Shown here one piece after another: positions 19,397 to 30,722 of a stretch of DNA of 64,000 nucleotides; positions within the stretch are counted from its first letter, which is position 1; each line of letters starts with the position of its first letter. The DNA comes from Candidatus Eiseniibacteriota bacterium. GTDB lineage: Bacteria; Eisenbacteria; RBG-16-71-46. The translations under genes were made by a program, and so were the position numbers. The DNA is taken from positions 384,001 through 448,000 of the forward strand of contig OY970178.1 of the NCBI GenBank assembly GCA_963707915.1, in the 5' to 3' direction. The notes under the pieces are model-generated. The model did no database searches, was not told where the DNA came from, and was given only the letters and a program-made list of their open reading frames with translations.

Positions 19397-20769
19397 TGAA
19401 GCAACCGGGGACATGGGTGACAGGACAGACCGGGCACATGGGTAACACATTCTAGCTTCCATAACGGCGGCGACGACGTCTGCTCAAGGCAGGATCAACG
19501 ATGGGTTCGAGCCGCCCAAAGTGGCGGGGTCCGCGGTCGGTGGCCTGCTTGAGATCTAGCAGTCCGATCGGCACCCAGCCGAAGTGGACACGCCACCGGC
19601 CATCGTCGCAGGGCTCGAGTCCGACCCGTTCGCCGACGAGGCAGTTGCTCACGTACCACTGCGTGGTGCCGAAGGTGATCACGCCGTTGGGATAGGCCAC
19701 CCGGGTCTCGAAGTGTCGCGGGTACTCTGGTTCGGGGAGCTCGCGCGGGTACGAGCGAAGCGATGGGCGGTAAAGCGCGGCCGGCACCTCCTGGCCGAGC
19801 GCCTCGTGCGGCCGCTCCTGGTTGTACTCCGTCTGGAAGCGATCGAACGCGCGTTGCTGGGCGCTGAAGCTCGAGCGCGGCGGTCTGGCGGTCTCGGCTT
19901 TCAAGGTGCGATGCATGCGCTCGTGGCGCCCGTTCTGTTCGGGACGACCTGGCATGATGCGTTCGGGACGGATCCCGAGTCGGATCCACCAGACCGAGAG
20001 ACGCGACAGTCCGCCCGGGGCGAGCGTCGAGAACGGCGGCCCGTTATCGGTGCGGATCGCCCTCGGCAAGCCGTATTCGGTGAAAGCGGACTCGAAGACG
20101 CGCCGGACATGCTGAGTGAGCGGACGACGCAGGGCGCGGCAGCGAAGGAGCAGGCGACTGTATCCATCGCTGATGGTCAGCGGATGACAGCGTTCACCCC
20201 GGCGACCCAGCGGGAAGTGGCCCTTGAAGTCGGCACACCAGACGGCGTTGGGTGCGTCGTACTGCCGCAGCCGGTCCCCGTACGGTGAGCTGCGCCGGAC
20301 TCGCCGGCGCGGGCGAACCAGTCCGCTGCGCCTCAGGATGTCGCCGATCGTGCTGGCCGCCGGGAGCGCGACCGGCGGCCGTTCCCGCTTCAGCACCACC
20401 CGCACCTTGCGTGGTCCCCAACGCGGATGGCGACGTCGGATCGCGACGATCGCCTGCACGAGGTCGGCGGCGACGGCGTTGGGATGAGAGTGCGGCGCGC
20501 GTGAGATCTCCTCGAGGGCCGCGACCCCGTCGGCCTCATAACGACGGACCCACTTGTACCCCGTCTTCCGGCTGACCCCGAAGTCGTGGCACAAGTCGGA
20601 GAAGCTGGCCTCCGCCTGCAGGTAGGCGGCAATGAACTTCACTCGTTCAGACATCCAGTCGGTCCTCGCCCAGGGCATCGTGTGGTCCTCCTCGAACCAC
20701 CCATGATGCCCGCGGGCTGTAACCCATGTCCCCGGTCTGATCTGTTACCAGTGTGCCCGGTCTGAACCA
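19397..20769 (-). mobile_element. IS481-family insertion sequence (copy 1)
   Basis: TG...CA termini with ~51-bp inverted ends built from 25-bp subrepeats (consensus TGTYACCCATGTSCCCGGT). Short duplication of TC, or up to CATC depending on the end assignment. Confidence 0.9.
19452..20678 (-). CDS. IS481-family DDE transposase
   Basis: MPW start, HTH GVSRKTGYKW, motifs WCADFKG, RTDNGPPF, QNGRHERMHRTLK, YNQERPHEAL. Confidence 0.96.
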   Translation of the reverse strand: MPWARTDWMSERVKFIAAYLQAEASFSDLCHDFGVSRKTGYKWVRRYEADGVAALEEISRAPHSHPNAVAADLVQAIVAIRRRHPRWGPRKVRVVLKRERPPVALPAASTIGDILRRSGLVRPRRRVRRSSPYGDRLRQYDAPNAVWCADFKGHFPLGRRGERCHPLTISDGYSRLLLRCRALRRPLTQHVRRVFESAFTEYGLPRAIRTDNGPPFSTLAPGGLSRLSVWWIRLGIRPERIMPGRPEQNGRHERMHRTLKAETARPPRSSFSAQQRAFDRFQTEYNQERPHEALGQEVPAALYRPSLRSYPRELPEPEYPRHFETRVAYPNGVITFGTTQWYVSNCLVGERVGLEPCDDGRWRVHFGWVPIGLLDLKQATDRGPRHFGRLEPIVDPALSRRRRRRYGS

Positions 20770-21003
20770 TCGATTTCGCTTGACAGGTGTCGGGGCTCGC
20801 GATGCGCCACGACTGCCGGGCTGTTCGCGCGGCTCGCAGGAAGTCGCAGGTCGAGCGGAGTACGCATCGCGGCCGCGATCGTGAACGCGTTCTCCCGCCG
20901 AGCCTCGTTGTGCGACCTGCCGGGCGCTGCGAGAGCTGAAGACCGGCATGATATGAATGGCCTCGCACTGCCCCCGTGACCCGCCCCCGCGCGGAGTCAC
21001 ACG

Positions 21004-22293
21004 ATGGATCGCTACTCCCTGGCCCACGTTCCCGACCCGGTCCTGCTGCGCGAACTGCGCTCGCTCGTCGCCCAGGACCGCGTCACCACCGCCCTGCTCG
21101 TCGCCCACCTCGGCGAGGTCGATGCCCGGCGGCTCTACGCCGAAGCCGGCTACCCCTCGATGTTCGCCTGGTGCGTGGAGCGGTTGGGCTTCTCCGAGGA
21201 CAGCGCCTACAAGCGCATCCGGGCGGCGCGGACCGCCCGCGAGTTCCCGGACGTCCACGCGATGCTGGCCGACGGCCGGCTGCACCTCGGTGGCGTGGTC
21301 GCGCTGGCGCCCTGCCTGACCGCCGCGAATGCGGGGGAGTTGCTGGCCGCCGCGGCGCACCGGAGCCGCGCGGGCATCGAGCAGATGCTGGCCGAGCGGT
21401 TCCCGCGGCCCGACCTGCCGGGCCTGATCCAGCCCGTACCCCAGCCGCCGATTAGTACGGATGTTCAGTGTGATCAAATTTCACTGGCCCCGGGGCCAGT
21501 GATTTCCAGTCCTGCTAAACACGAGGCCGCATCTCCCGCATTCGGTGAGCGCCAGGTCACCCCTCTCGCTCCGCAACGCTTCGCCGTGCAATTCACCATG
21601 GACCAGGAAGCGCACGCCGACCTGCTCTACGCCCAGGCCCTGCTCGGGCACGCGGTGCCCTCCGGCGACCCGGCCGCGGTGTTCGCCCGCGCGCTGAAGA
21701 CCCTGATTGCGCAGCTCGAGCAGCGCAAGTTCGCGAAGACCGACCGGCCCCGCCGCTGCCGCGCCAGCGACGACCCGCGGCACGTCCCCGCGGAGGTGAA
21801 GCGCGCGGTGTGGGAGCGTGACGGTGGCCGCTGCACGTTCGTGGGCACCGGCGGGCATCGCTGCGAGGCGCGCACGCGGCTCGAGTACGACCACGTCGAG
21901 CCGGTGGCCGACGGCGGGCGCGCGACGGTGCGCGGCCTGCGGCTGCGCTGCCGGGCGCACAACCAGTACGAAGCCGAGCGACACTTCGGGCGCGACTTCA
22001 TGGCGGCCAGGCGGGAGAGCGGCGGACGTGGGTCGGCTCCGAACGGGGCCGAGCGACACGGTGGGCGCGACTTCATGGCGGCCAGGCGGGAGCGGAGCGG
22101 GAAGCCCGGGCTGCCTTCGCACCTGGCGGAGCTGGTGCCCTGGCTGCGAACGCTCGGGCTCCGCGCGGAGGAAGCGCACCGGGTCGCGGAGAACTGCGGC
22201 GCCCCACCCGACGCCCCGCTCGAGGAACGCGTGCGCTACGCGCTGCGCTGCTACGGCGGTCCGCGCGGCGCGGTCACACGTCCCGCGGCCTGA
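21004..22293 (+). CDS. HNH endonuclease domain protein (DUF222-like multicopy family)
   Basis: N-terminal LVAHLGEVDARRLY..GYPSMF. C-terminal RHVPAEVKRAVWERDGGRCTF...C...LEYDHVEP...GG...LRLRCRAHN. Confidence 0.88.
   Translation: MDRYSLAHVPDPVLLRELRSLVAQDRVTTALLVAHLGEVDARRLYAEAGYPSMFAWCVERLGFSEDSAYKRIRAARTAREFPDVHAMLADGRLHLGGVVALAPCLTAANAGELLAAAAHRSRAGIEQMLAERFPRPDLPGLIQPVPQPPISTDVQCDQISLAPGPVISSPAKHEAASPAFGERQVTPLAPQRFAVQFTMDQEAHADLLYAQALLGHAVPSGDPAAVFARALKTLIAQLEQRKFAKTDRPRRCRASDDPRHVPAEVKRAVWERDGGRCTFVGTGGHRCEARTRLEYDHVEPVADGGRATVRGLRLRCRAHNQYEAERHFGRDFMAARRESGGRGSAPNGAERHGGRDFMAARRERSGKPGLPSHLAELVPWLRTLGLRAEEAHRVAENCGAPPDAPLEERVRYALRCYGGPRGAVTRPAA
21973..22092 (+). repeat. 45-bp in-frame direct repeat inside the HNH gene
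   Basis: 21973-22017 and 22048-22092 are identical except TTC/GGT, encoding AERH[F/G]GRDFMAARRE. Confidence 0.9.
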
Positions 22294-22323
22294 GCGAGGC
22301 GGATGCGCGGCGGCGTGAGCGGG

Positions 22324-22436
22324 CTGGAGGCCCGGCAGCACGGGAGCCGCGTGGCCCGCACGACCCGAACCCGTGACGCGTCCGACTCGAACCTCCGGAT
22401 CGTGCGCGCCGCGCTTGCGACTACCCGGAAAGGCTC
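22324..22436 (+). mobile_element. Solo right-end remnant of an IS1182-like element
   Basis: Reverse complement reads CTAG-GAGCC-N11-TCGCAAGCGCGGCGCGCACGATCC, matching 55335-55380. TGGAGGCCCG is also shared with the 55.5-kb remnant. Confidence 0.65.
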
Positions 22437-23732
<1,296 letters not shown>

Positions 23733-23845
23733 GGGGCGCGGACGATACCACGCTCGACTTCGCGGCGCGCAGCGCCCCCGGCGGGGGCGGCTTGACCCGG
23801 TCACGGGCGGCCTTCAGACTGCGGCCCGCGCCCCAAGGAGGAGCC

Positions 23846-24238
23846 ATGGCCAGCCGACCCCGACGCACGCTCGACACGTTCCCGAACCCCAGCCCGGACC
23901 GGGACTACGTCATCCGGCACGAGTGCCCCGAGTACACGGCCCTGTGCCCGGTCACCGGACAGCCGGACTTCGGCACCATCGTGGTCGTGTACACGCCCGA
24001 CCGCACCTGCGTGGAGCTCAAGTCGCTCAAGCTCTACCTCTGGTCCTTCCACGACGAGGGCCACTACTTCGAACAGGTCACGAACCTGATCCTCGACGAC
24101 CTGGTGCGCGCGCTGCGGCCCCGTAAGCTCACGGTGATCGGCAAGTTCAACGTGCGGGGGGGGATCTGGAGCACGGTGGTGGCGCGCTACGAGGCGCCCG
24201 CCGCCCGCCGCCGCAACGTTCGGCGCGCCCGGCCGTAG
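23846..24238 (+). CDS. queF: NADPH-dependent 7-cyano-7-deazaguanine reductase (type I)
   Basis: Motifs [40 protein letters not shown]. Confidence 0.96.
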   Translation: MASRPRRTLDTFPNPSPDRDYVIRHECPEYTALCPVTGQPDFGTIVVVYTPDRTCVELKSLKLYLWSFHDEGHYFEQVTNLILDDLVRALRPRKLTVIGKFNVRGGIWSTVVARYEAPAARRRNVRRARP

Positions 24239-24289
24239 CAGGGGACAGCCCCTCACCGGGGGGCCGCGGCCCCCGGCCACTGGAGTCCG

Positions 24290-26605
24290 ATGAACGCGTT
24301 CCTGCTCCTGTCCACCCTGAACCTCTCGCTGGGCGGGCTCGTCTTCCTGCTGGGCTTCCTCATCCTGCGCGAGAACCCCGGGCAGCGGCTGAACCGCGTG
24401 GTCGCCCTGATGCTGTTCTTCGGCGGGTTGGGGGCGGTGTTCTCGGCGCTCTCCTTCATGGCCTCCCGGGGAGGCACCACGGCGGCCCCGGGCACGCTGC
24501 GCGACCTCTCCTACATGTGGGAGCTGTTCTTCCCCACGTTGTTCCTGTTCGCGAGCATCTTCCCCGAGGAGCGCGCCTTCGTGCGCCGCCCGCTGCTGCG
24601 GATCGGCCGCCGGTGGACCGTGGGGTTCACGCCCGTCCTCTTCGTCCCGCACGTCTTCCACTTCTTCTTCGTCCTGGCGGCCTCGTCGTGGCGCCCGGAC
24701 GTGCCGTCGGCGGGACTCGGGGCGTTCCACTACCTGGGCGCGCTGGCCACGCTGCTGGGGCTCGTGGTCAAGCTCTTCCTGTTCGTCCACCGCGCGCTGT
24801 TCTCGCTCGTGAACCTGGGTTTCGGGCTCGCCACCATGGCGCTGCTGTTCGACTCCTACCGGCGCGCCCGCGTGCCCCGCCTGCGCCAGCAGATCGGTGT
24901 CGTCGCGCTGGGGCTGTCCGCGAGCCTGGTGCTCTACAGCGCCGCCAGCTCGATCCCCACGCTGCTCGGCCTGCAGCTCGCGGAGGACCTGCGCGCGAGC
25001 CTGACGTTCGCCGCGCTGACGCTGGGCCCCGGCTCGATCGCCTACGCGGTGGTGCGGCACAAGTTCCTGGACGCGAAGCTGCTGGCGCGCCGGGGCATCC
25101 TCTACGCGCTCTCGTCCGCGGCGCTGGTCGGGCTCTACCTCGCGGTCGCCGCGCGGCTCACCCGGGCGCTGAGCGCCGCGGCCGGCACCGACGTGCGGGT
25201 CGTCGAGTCGGTGCTGCTGATCGTGGCGCTGGCCCTCTCGCAGCCCGCGGTGGCCTGGCTCGAGGCCATGCTCGACCGGGCGTTCCTCAAGGACCCCGGC
25301 GACTACCGCAACGTGCTGCGCCGCCTGGCCGGCGAGCTGCAGACCACCATCGACCTCGACGCCCTGCTCGGCCGCACCATCACCACGCTCACCGAGGCGA
25401 TGCTGCTGCGCACCGGGTACGTGGTGGTGTTCGGCCGGGGCGCGCCCATCGGCCGCAGCGGTGCCGGGGCGCCGCCCGACGCGGCGGCGCTCGAGCGGGT
25501 CGCCGCGCTGCTCGGGCGGGTGCCGCCGGGCGAGGGCAGCTTCCGGGTCGCGGACCCGGTCGAGGGGCTGGGCCCCGCGGACCGCGTGTTCCTGGCGTCG
25601 CTGGGGATCTCGCTGGTGGTGCCGCTGCGCTGGCAGGAGGAGCTGGTCGGGGCGCTGCTGCTGGGGGAGAAGCACACCGGCACGCCACTGACCTCGGAGG
25701 ACGCCGCGCTGCTCGCGACCCTGGCCGGCCAGGTCTCGGTCTCCCTGCAGAACGCGCTGCTGCTGAGCGACCGCGTGGCCGTGGCACGCTTCGAGGAGGA
25801 GCTCAACCTGGCGCGGCAGATCCAGCGCAACTCGCTGCTCTCGGAGTTCCCGGCGCTGCCGCGCTGCGAGGTGCACGCGCTCATGCTGCCCTCGAAGCAC
25901 GTGGGCGGGGACCTCTACGACGTGGTCGAAGCGGGCGACGGCTCGTGGTTCGTGGCCATCGCCGACGTCTCGGGCAAGGGCGTGCCGGCCGCGCTGCTGT
26001 CGTCGATGCTCCAGGCCTCGCTGCGCACGCAGGCGGCGAGCGTACGGTCGCCGGCCGAGATCCTGCGCAACATCAATCACCTGATGTACCGGAGCACGGC
26101 GGTCCAGCAGTTCGCCACCTTCTTCCTGGCCCGGCTGGACGGCGAGCGCCTGGAGCTGTCGTGCTCGAACGCCGGGCACAACTGGCCGGTGCTGCTGCGC
26201 CGCGGTCACGAGCGGCGCTTCCTCGAGCGCGGCGGGCTGGTGCTGGGGTTCCGGGAGGGCGCCGAGTTCGAGGAGGAGCGGGTGAGCCTGCTGCCCGGGG
26301 ACCTGCTGGTGCTCTACACCGACGGCATCAGCGAGGCGGCCCTCGCCAGCGGCGAGCAGTTCGGCGAGGAGCGGCTCTACGCGGCCCTGGCCGCGATGCC
26401 CGCGGCGCTGCCCGCGTGCGAGGTGGCGGCCCGCCTGCTCGCCACGCTGCGCGGGTTCCTGGACGGCGTCGAGCCGCAGGACGACATCACGCTGCTGGTG
26501 CTGAGGGTGCTGGAGCCGGTCGCTCAGCGGCCCGGCGTGGTGCCGGCGATGACCGAGTCGAGTTCCGCCGAGCTGGCCACGCGCAGCGCGCCATCCGGGC
26601 GGTAG
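24290..26605 (+). CDS. Membrane sensor plus GAF plus SpoIIE/RsbU-type PP2C phosphatase
   Basis: N-terminal TM helices; motifs ARQIQ, VGGDLYD, IADVSGKGVPAAL, NAGH, LYTDGISEA, QDDITL. Confidence 0.92.
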   Translation: MNAFLLLSTLNLSLGGLVFLLGFLILRENPGQRLNRVVALMLFFGGLGAVFSALSFMASRGGTTAAPGTLRDLSYMWELFFPTLFLFASIFPEERAFVRRPLLRIGRRWTVGFTPVLFVPHVFHFFFVLAASSWRPDVPSAGLGAFHYLGALATLLGLVVKLFLFVHRALFSLVNLGFGLATMALLFDSYRRARVPRLRQQIGVVALGLSASLVLYSAASSIPTLLGLQLAEDLRASLTFAALTLGPGSIAYAVVRHKFLDAKLLARRGILYALSSAALVGLYLAVAARLTRALSAAAGTDVRVVESVLLIVALALSQPAVAWLEAMLDRAFLKDPGDYRNVLRRLAGELQTTIDLDALLGRTITTLTEAMLLRTGYVVVFGRGAPIGRSGAGAPPDAAALERVAALLGRVPPGEGSFRVADPVEGLGPADRVFLASLGISLVVPLRWQEELVGALLLGEKHTGTPLTSEDAALLATLAGQVSVSLQNALLLSDRVAVARFEEELNLARQIQRNSLLSEFPALPRCEVHALMLPSKHVGGDLYDVVEAGDGSWFVAIADVSGKGVPAALLSSMLQASLRTQAASVRSPAEILRNINHLMYRSTAVQQFATFFLARLDGERLELSCSNAGHNWPVLLRRGHERRFLERGGLVLGFREGAEFEEERVSLLPGDLLVLYTDGISEAALASGEQFGEERLYAALAAMPAALPACEVAARLLATLRGFLDGVEPQDDITLLVLRVLEPVAQRPGVVPAMTESSSAELATRSAPSGR

Positions 26606-28098
26606 ACCGCGTAGCGGTAGGGCTCGGGCAGCGGGCGGTAGTCGGCGACGAACCGCACGCTGTCCACCTGCGGCAGGAAGACGCGGACGGCCAGGCCGTC
26701 GAACAGCGCCGTGCGCACGTTCCGCTCGAAGTAGCCCTCGGCCGCGCCGCCGGCGAGCGAGCGCCCGATCGGGGACCAGAGCAGCAGCCGGGTGCCGGCG
26801 GGGAGCGCGGCGCCGCGCAGCGCCGCGACGGCCCGCTCCGCGATGAGCGCGCGGTCCACCACGGCGTCGGCGCGCAGCGCGGGCGCCGCCGCGAAGGGCA
26901 TGGTCTCGATCTTGCGGGCCAGCATCCCGCCGTTCACCGCCAGCAGCGCGACGGCGGCCACGCCCAGTCCCCAGGCGAGCGGGCCGCTGTCCGCGCGGCC
27001 GGGCGCGACGGGCGCGGGCGGCCCCTTCCGTTCCGGCTCCACCCCGCGGTCCCGGCGCGGGAGGTGCTCGAGCAGCAGGTCGATGGCGGCCGCCACGCAC
27101 CAGGCCAGGCCCGCCAGCGGGGCGTAGAGGTAGTAGTGGTAGGTGTGGTGCGCGAGCGGGAGCGCGGGAAGCAGCAGGGCGAGGTAGAGCGCGCCCGCCG
27201 CCAGCCAGCCGCGGCGCCGGAGCCCGGGGGAGAGGAGCCCCGCCAGCCACAGGGCGAGCAACCCGGCGCCCCAGCCGTAGACCAGCGGGTCGGCCCCGTC
27301 CTGGAAGCGGCGCACCGTGGGCAGCAGGAAGTTCGCGCTCCAGCCCAGGTAGGACGCGAGGTTCGCCAGCAGGCCCGGGCCGAGGTCGACCCCGTAGGCG
27401 CCCGGGCCCGACCGCGTCCCCAGCGTGTCGGCGGCGATCACGTACCCGCCCAGCGCGACCGCGAGGGCGGCCAGCGCAAGGACGAGCGGGTCGCGCCAGG
27501 CCCGCGCCCCGCGGCCCGGCCGCCGACGCGGGTCGCCGCGCAGCAGCGGCACGAGCGCGAGGGGCAGCAGGAGCACCGATTCCCGGGCGAGCAGGGCCGC
27601 CGCGAAGAGCGGCAACGCGAGCCAGCGCGCCGGCCCATCGCGCAGCGCCGTGGCGATCACGGCGAGGCCGAGCAGCAGGGCCAGCGGCGCGCCGACCGCC
27701 GAGACCCAGTAGGCGGCCGCGTAGTGGGACGGGTGCGCGGCGAAGAAGCCGGCGCCGACGAGCGCCGCCGGGGTCGAGAGCCGGCGCCGCAGCAGGGCGT
27801 ACAGCGCGACCGAGCAGGCGGCGTGCAGCAACAGGCTCGCCGCGTGGTAGCCGCGCGGGTCGAGCCCCGCGATCGGCCGCATGAGATCGAAGTAGAGCTG
27901 GCCCGAGAGCAGGCGCCAGGGACCGTGCAGGCGCGGCAGGAGCCCCGCCGCCCGGGCCAGCGCGGGGAAGTCGTCCGCCGAGAAGAAGTAGCCGAGCGCG
28001 CCGCGGAAGACCCAGAGGGCGACCGCGGCGACCAGCAGGCCGCCGAGCAGGCCGGTCGCGGCCCGCGATCGCGGGGAGGATGCGGGAGTGCCGAGCAT
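26524..28098 (-). CDS. Integral membrane protein, possibly GT-C glycosyltransferase-like
   Basis: N-terminal TM followed by FSADDF, many TM helices and an LLARES motif. Overlaps the phosphatase 3' end by 82 bp. Confidence 0.7.
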   Translation of the reverse strand: MLGTPASSPRSRAATGLLGGLLVAAVALWVFRGALGYFFSADDFPALARAAGLLPRLHGPWRLLSGQLYFDLMRPIAGLDPRGYHAASLLLHAACSVALYALLRRRLSTPAALVGAGFFAAHPSHYAAAYWVSAVGAPLALLLGLAVIATALRDGPARWLALPLFAAALLARESVLLLPLALVPLLRGDPRRRPGRGARAWRDPLVLALAALAVALGGYVIAADTLGTRSGPGAYGVDLGPGLLANLASYLGWSANFLLPTVRRFQDGADPLVYGWGAGLLALWLAGLLSPGLRRRGWLAAGALYLALLLPALPLAHHTYHYYLYAPLAGLAWCVAAAIDLLLEHLPRRDRGVEPERKGPPAPVAPGRADSGPLAWGLGVAAVALLAVNGGMLARKIETMPFAAAPALRADAVVDRALIAERAVAALRGAALPAGTRLLLWSPIGRSLAGGAAEGYFERNVRTALFDGLAVRVFLPQVDSVRFVADYRPLPEPYRYAVYRPDGALRVASSAELDSVIAGTTPGR

Positions 28099-28317
28099 GT
28101 CCGCGCATCATATCAATGACCGGCGCGGGCCGCCTCCGGGAGGCCACGCGGGTCGGTCGGCCGGGCGGGCCGGGCGCCGCCATGACATCCGCGCGCGGTG
28201 GGGCTATCGTACGCCCCGCGCGGGGGCGTCCGCGCGGTCGCCGCGCGACCCGGGAGGCGGTTCCACCGGGCGCGCGGGCGGGATCGCGGGAGGGGACCCG
28301 GCGAGGGAGGACGATCG

Positions 28318-29382
28318 ATGGGACCGTGGCCGATGTCGAGATGGCTGTCGTGCGCGCTGCTGCTCGCGTTCCTGGCCGGGCCGCCGCCCGCGGCCGGGGA
28401 GCCGGCGCCGCCCGCGCTCGAGGACCAGTTGCGCGAGCTGAAGGCGGCGAACGAGGACCTCAACCACCGCCTGGACGAACTGGCCAAGTCGGTCGACGAC
28501 GTGGCGTTCTTCGTCCGGCTCGGCGACGTGGCCGAGGTGGACAAGTGGCGCATCACCGGCCCGCCGCCCGCGAACGTGAAGAACCCGCAGGCCGCGGGCG
28601 CGACCAACCCGGTCAAGTTCTACACCTACACGTTCGTCCCGAAGAACCGCAAGCCGGGGGAGAAGCTGCCGATGCTGATGCTCCCCCATGGCGGCGTGCA
28701 CGCCGACTTCACCACCTACCACGTGCACATCCTGAAGGAGCTGCTCGCCCAGGGCTACGTCGTCGTCGCGCCCGAGTACCGCGGCTCGACCGGCTACGGC
28801 GGGGGCTTCTACCGGCTGATCGACTACGGCGGCCGCGAGGTGGACGACTGCCACGCGGCCGTGCAGTGGGCGCTCGAGAACTTCGACTTCATCGACCGCG
28901 ACCGCGTCGGCCTCATCGGCTGGAGCCACGGCGGGCTGATCGTGCTGTTCGAGGCGTTCCAGCACCCGAAGGACTACCAGTGCGTCTTCGCCGGCGTGCC
29001 GGTCTCGGACCTGGTGCAGCGCATGGGCTATTCCGACGACGAGTACCGCGGACTGTTCAGCGCGCCGTACCACATCGGCAAGACCGCCGAGCAGGACCTC
29101 GAGGAGTACCAGAAGCGCTCGCCGGCGTGGCACGTGGACAAGCTCCAGATCCCGCTGCGCATCCACACCAACACCAACGACGAGGACGTGCGCTACGTCG
29201 AGGTCCAGCACCTGATCGAGGCGCTCAAAGCGGCGGGGAAGCAGTTCGAGGTCAAGGTCTTCCAGGATGCGCCCGGCGGTCACAGCATGGACCGCCTCGA
29301 CACCGCGCTCGCGAAGGACGCGCGGCGCGAGATCTACCGCTTCCTGGCGAAGTACCTGAAGCCGCCGCGGCCGGCGAAGTAG
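28318..29382 (+). CDS. S9 (prolyl oligopeptidase-like) alpha/beta hydrolase, secreted
   Basis: Signal peptide; motifs PHGG, PEYRGSTGYG, GWSHGG nucleophile elbow, DEDV, GGH. Confidence 0.9.
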   Translation: MGPWPMSRWLSCALLLAFLAGPPPAAGEPAPPALEDQLRELKAANEDLNHRLDELAKSVDDVAFFVRLGDVAEVDKWRITGPPPANVKNPQAAGATNPVKFYTYTFVPKNRKPGEKLPMLMLPHGGVHADFTTYHVHILKELLAQGYVVVAPEYRGSTGYGGGFYRLIDYGGREVDDCHAAVQWALENFDFIDRDRVGLIGWSHGGLIVLFEAFQHPKDYQCVFAGVPVSDLVQRMGYSDDEYRGLFSAPYHIGKTAEQDLEEYQKRSPAWHVDKLQIPLRIHTNTNDEDVRYVEVQHLIEALKAAGKQFEVKVFQDAPGGHSMDRLDTALAKDARREIYRFLAKYLKPPRPAK

Positions 29383-29425
29383 CCGGGGCCGGCGTGGCGC
29401 CGGGCGACGAGCCGCGGCGCCACGC

Positions 29426-30640
29426 CTACGCCTCCGGCGGGGACGGCGCGGCTTGCGGGTCGCTGCCGAAGGCCGCGTGCTTCGCGGCGATGGCGTCCGC
29501 CAGGCGGTCGAGCGCCTCGAGGTCGGCGGGCTTCGGCAGCCCCCGGGCCGTGATCGGCTCGAACCAGTCGAGCTTGAGCGCGGGCATCAGGGCGGTGAGC
29601 TGGGCGACGGTCTTCCCGCCCCAGCCGTAGGAGCCGATGACGGCGCCGTGGCGCGCCCGGGGCTTGAGCAGGTTCGCCACGAAGGCGGCGTTGGCGACCA
29701 GCGGGTGCGCGCCGCCCACCACGGTGGGCGATCCGAGCACCAGCGTGCCCGCGTCCACCAGCGCGACCGCGAACTTGCCGAGGTCGGCGGTGGCGAGGTT
29801 GAAGAGGTCCACGCCCACGCCGCGCTCGATCAGCCCCTCGGCGAGGCGCTGCGCCATGAGCCGCGTGGAGTCGTGCATCGAGGCGTACGCGATCACCACG
29901 CGCTCGCCCGGCCGGTCGGCGACCCAGCCCTGGTAGGCGTCGAGGATGGCCCGCGGCCGGCGCAGCACTGGCCCGTGGCTCGGGCAGATGGTGGCGACCG
30001 GGAGCGCGGTCACGCGCGGCAGGTTGCCGCGGATCACGCCGCGGTAGGGCATCATGATCTCGGCGAAGTAGCGCCTGGCGGCCTCCATGGCGACGTGGTC
30101 GTCGGGCGCCGCCAGGTCGCCGACCGCGAGGTGGGCGCCGAAGAGGTCGCAGGAGAACAGCACGCGGTCCGGCTCGAGCCAGGTGAGCATGGTCTCGGGC
30201 CAGTGCACCCAGGGGAAGTGGATGAAGCGCAGCGTGCGCCCGCCCAGCTCGAGGGCCGCGCCGTCCTCGGCCGGCAGGAACCGCTCCGCCGGGATGGACA
30301 GCAGGTCCGCGAGCAGGCCCTGGCCCTTGGGGGTCGCGACCACCCGCGCCTCGGGATGGCGCGCGAGCACCGCCGGGATGGCGCCGGAGTGGTCCTGCTC
30401 GGCGTGGTTCGAGATCACGTAGTCGATCCGCGTCGTCCCGAGCGCCGCGAGCCGCTCGAGCAGCACGCCCGCGAAGGCGGGGTCCACCGAGTCGATGAGC
30501 GCGGTCTTCTCGGCGCCCTTCACCAGGTAGGCGTTGTAGCTCGTGCCGTCGGGCAGCGGGATGAGCTCGTCGAAGGTGCGGCGGTCCCAGTCGATCGCCC
30601 CCACCCAGTGGATCCCGTCGGTCAGCGTGCGGCTCGGCAT
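29426..30640 (-). CDS. fprA: Flavodiiron protein (FprA family)
   Basis: Motifs GTSYNAYL, NHAEQDHSG, HWPE, FSCDLFG, PSHG, and a flavodoxin domain with GSPT and GSYGW. Confidence 0.93.
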   Translation of the reverse strand: MPSRTLTDGIHWVGAIDWDRRTFDELIPLPDGTSYNAYLVKGAEKTALIDSVDPAFAGVLLERLAALGTTRIDYVISNHAEQDHSGAIPAVLARHPEARVVATPKGQGLLADLLSIPAERFLPAEDGAALELGGRTLRFIHFPWVHWPETMLTWLEPDRVLFSCDLFGAHLAVGDLAAPDDHVAMEAARRYFAEIMMPYRGVIRGNLPRVTALPVATICPSHGPVLRRPRAILDAYQGWVADRPGERVVIAYASMHDSTRLMAQRLAEGLIERGVGVDLFNLATADLGKFAVALVDAGTLVLGSPTVVGGAHPLVANAAFVANLLKPRARHGAVIGSYGWGGKTVAQLTALMPALKLDWFEPITARGLPKPADLEALDRLADAIAAKHAAFGSDPQAAPSPPEA

Positions 30641-30722
30641 CGTCTCGCCCTCCCCAGGTTCGTGGTCGTGGCCGTCGCGACGATCCGGGCGAAGCGCGCG
30701 GAGCGTGGCAAGCCGGGCGCCG

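Noticed and set aside
23733..23845. preQ1 riboswitch upstream of queF
   Set aside because: No recognisable preQ1 stem or A-rich tail. The short spacer fits divergent promoters instead.
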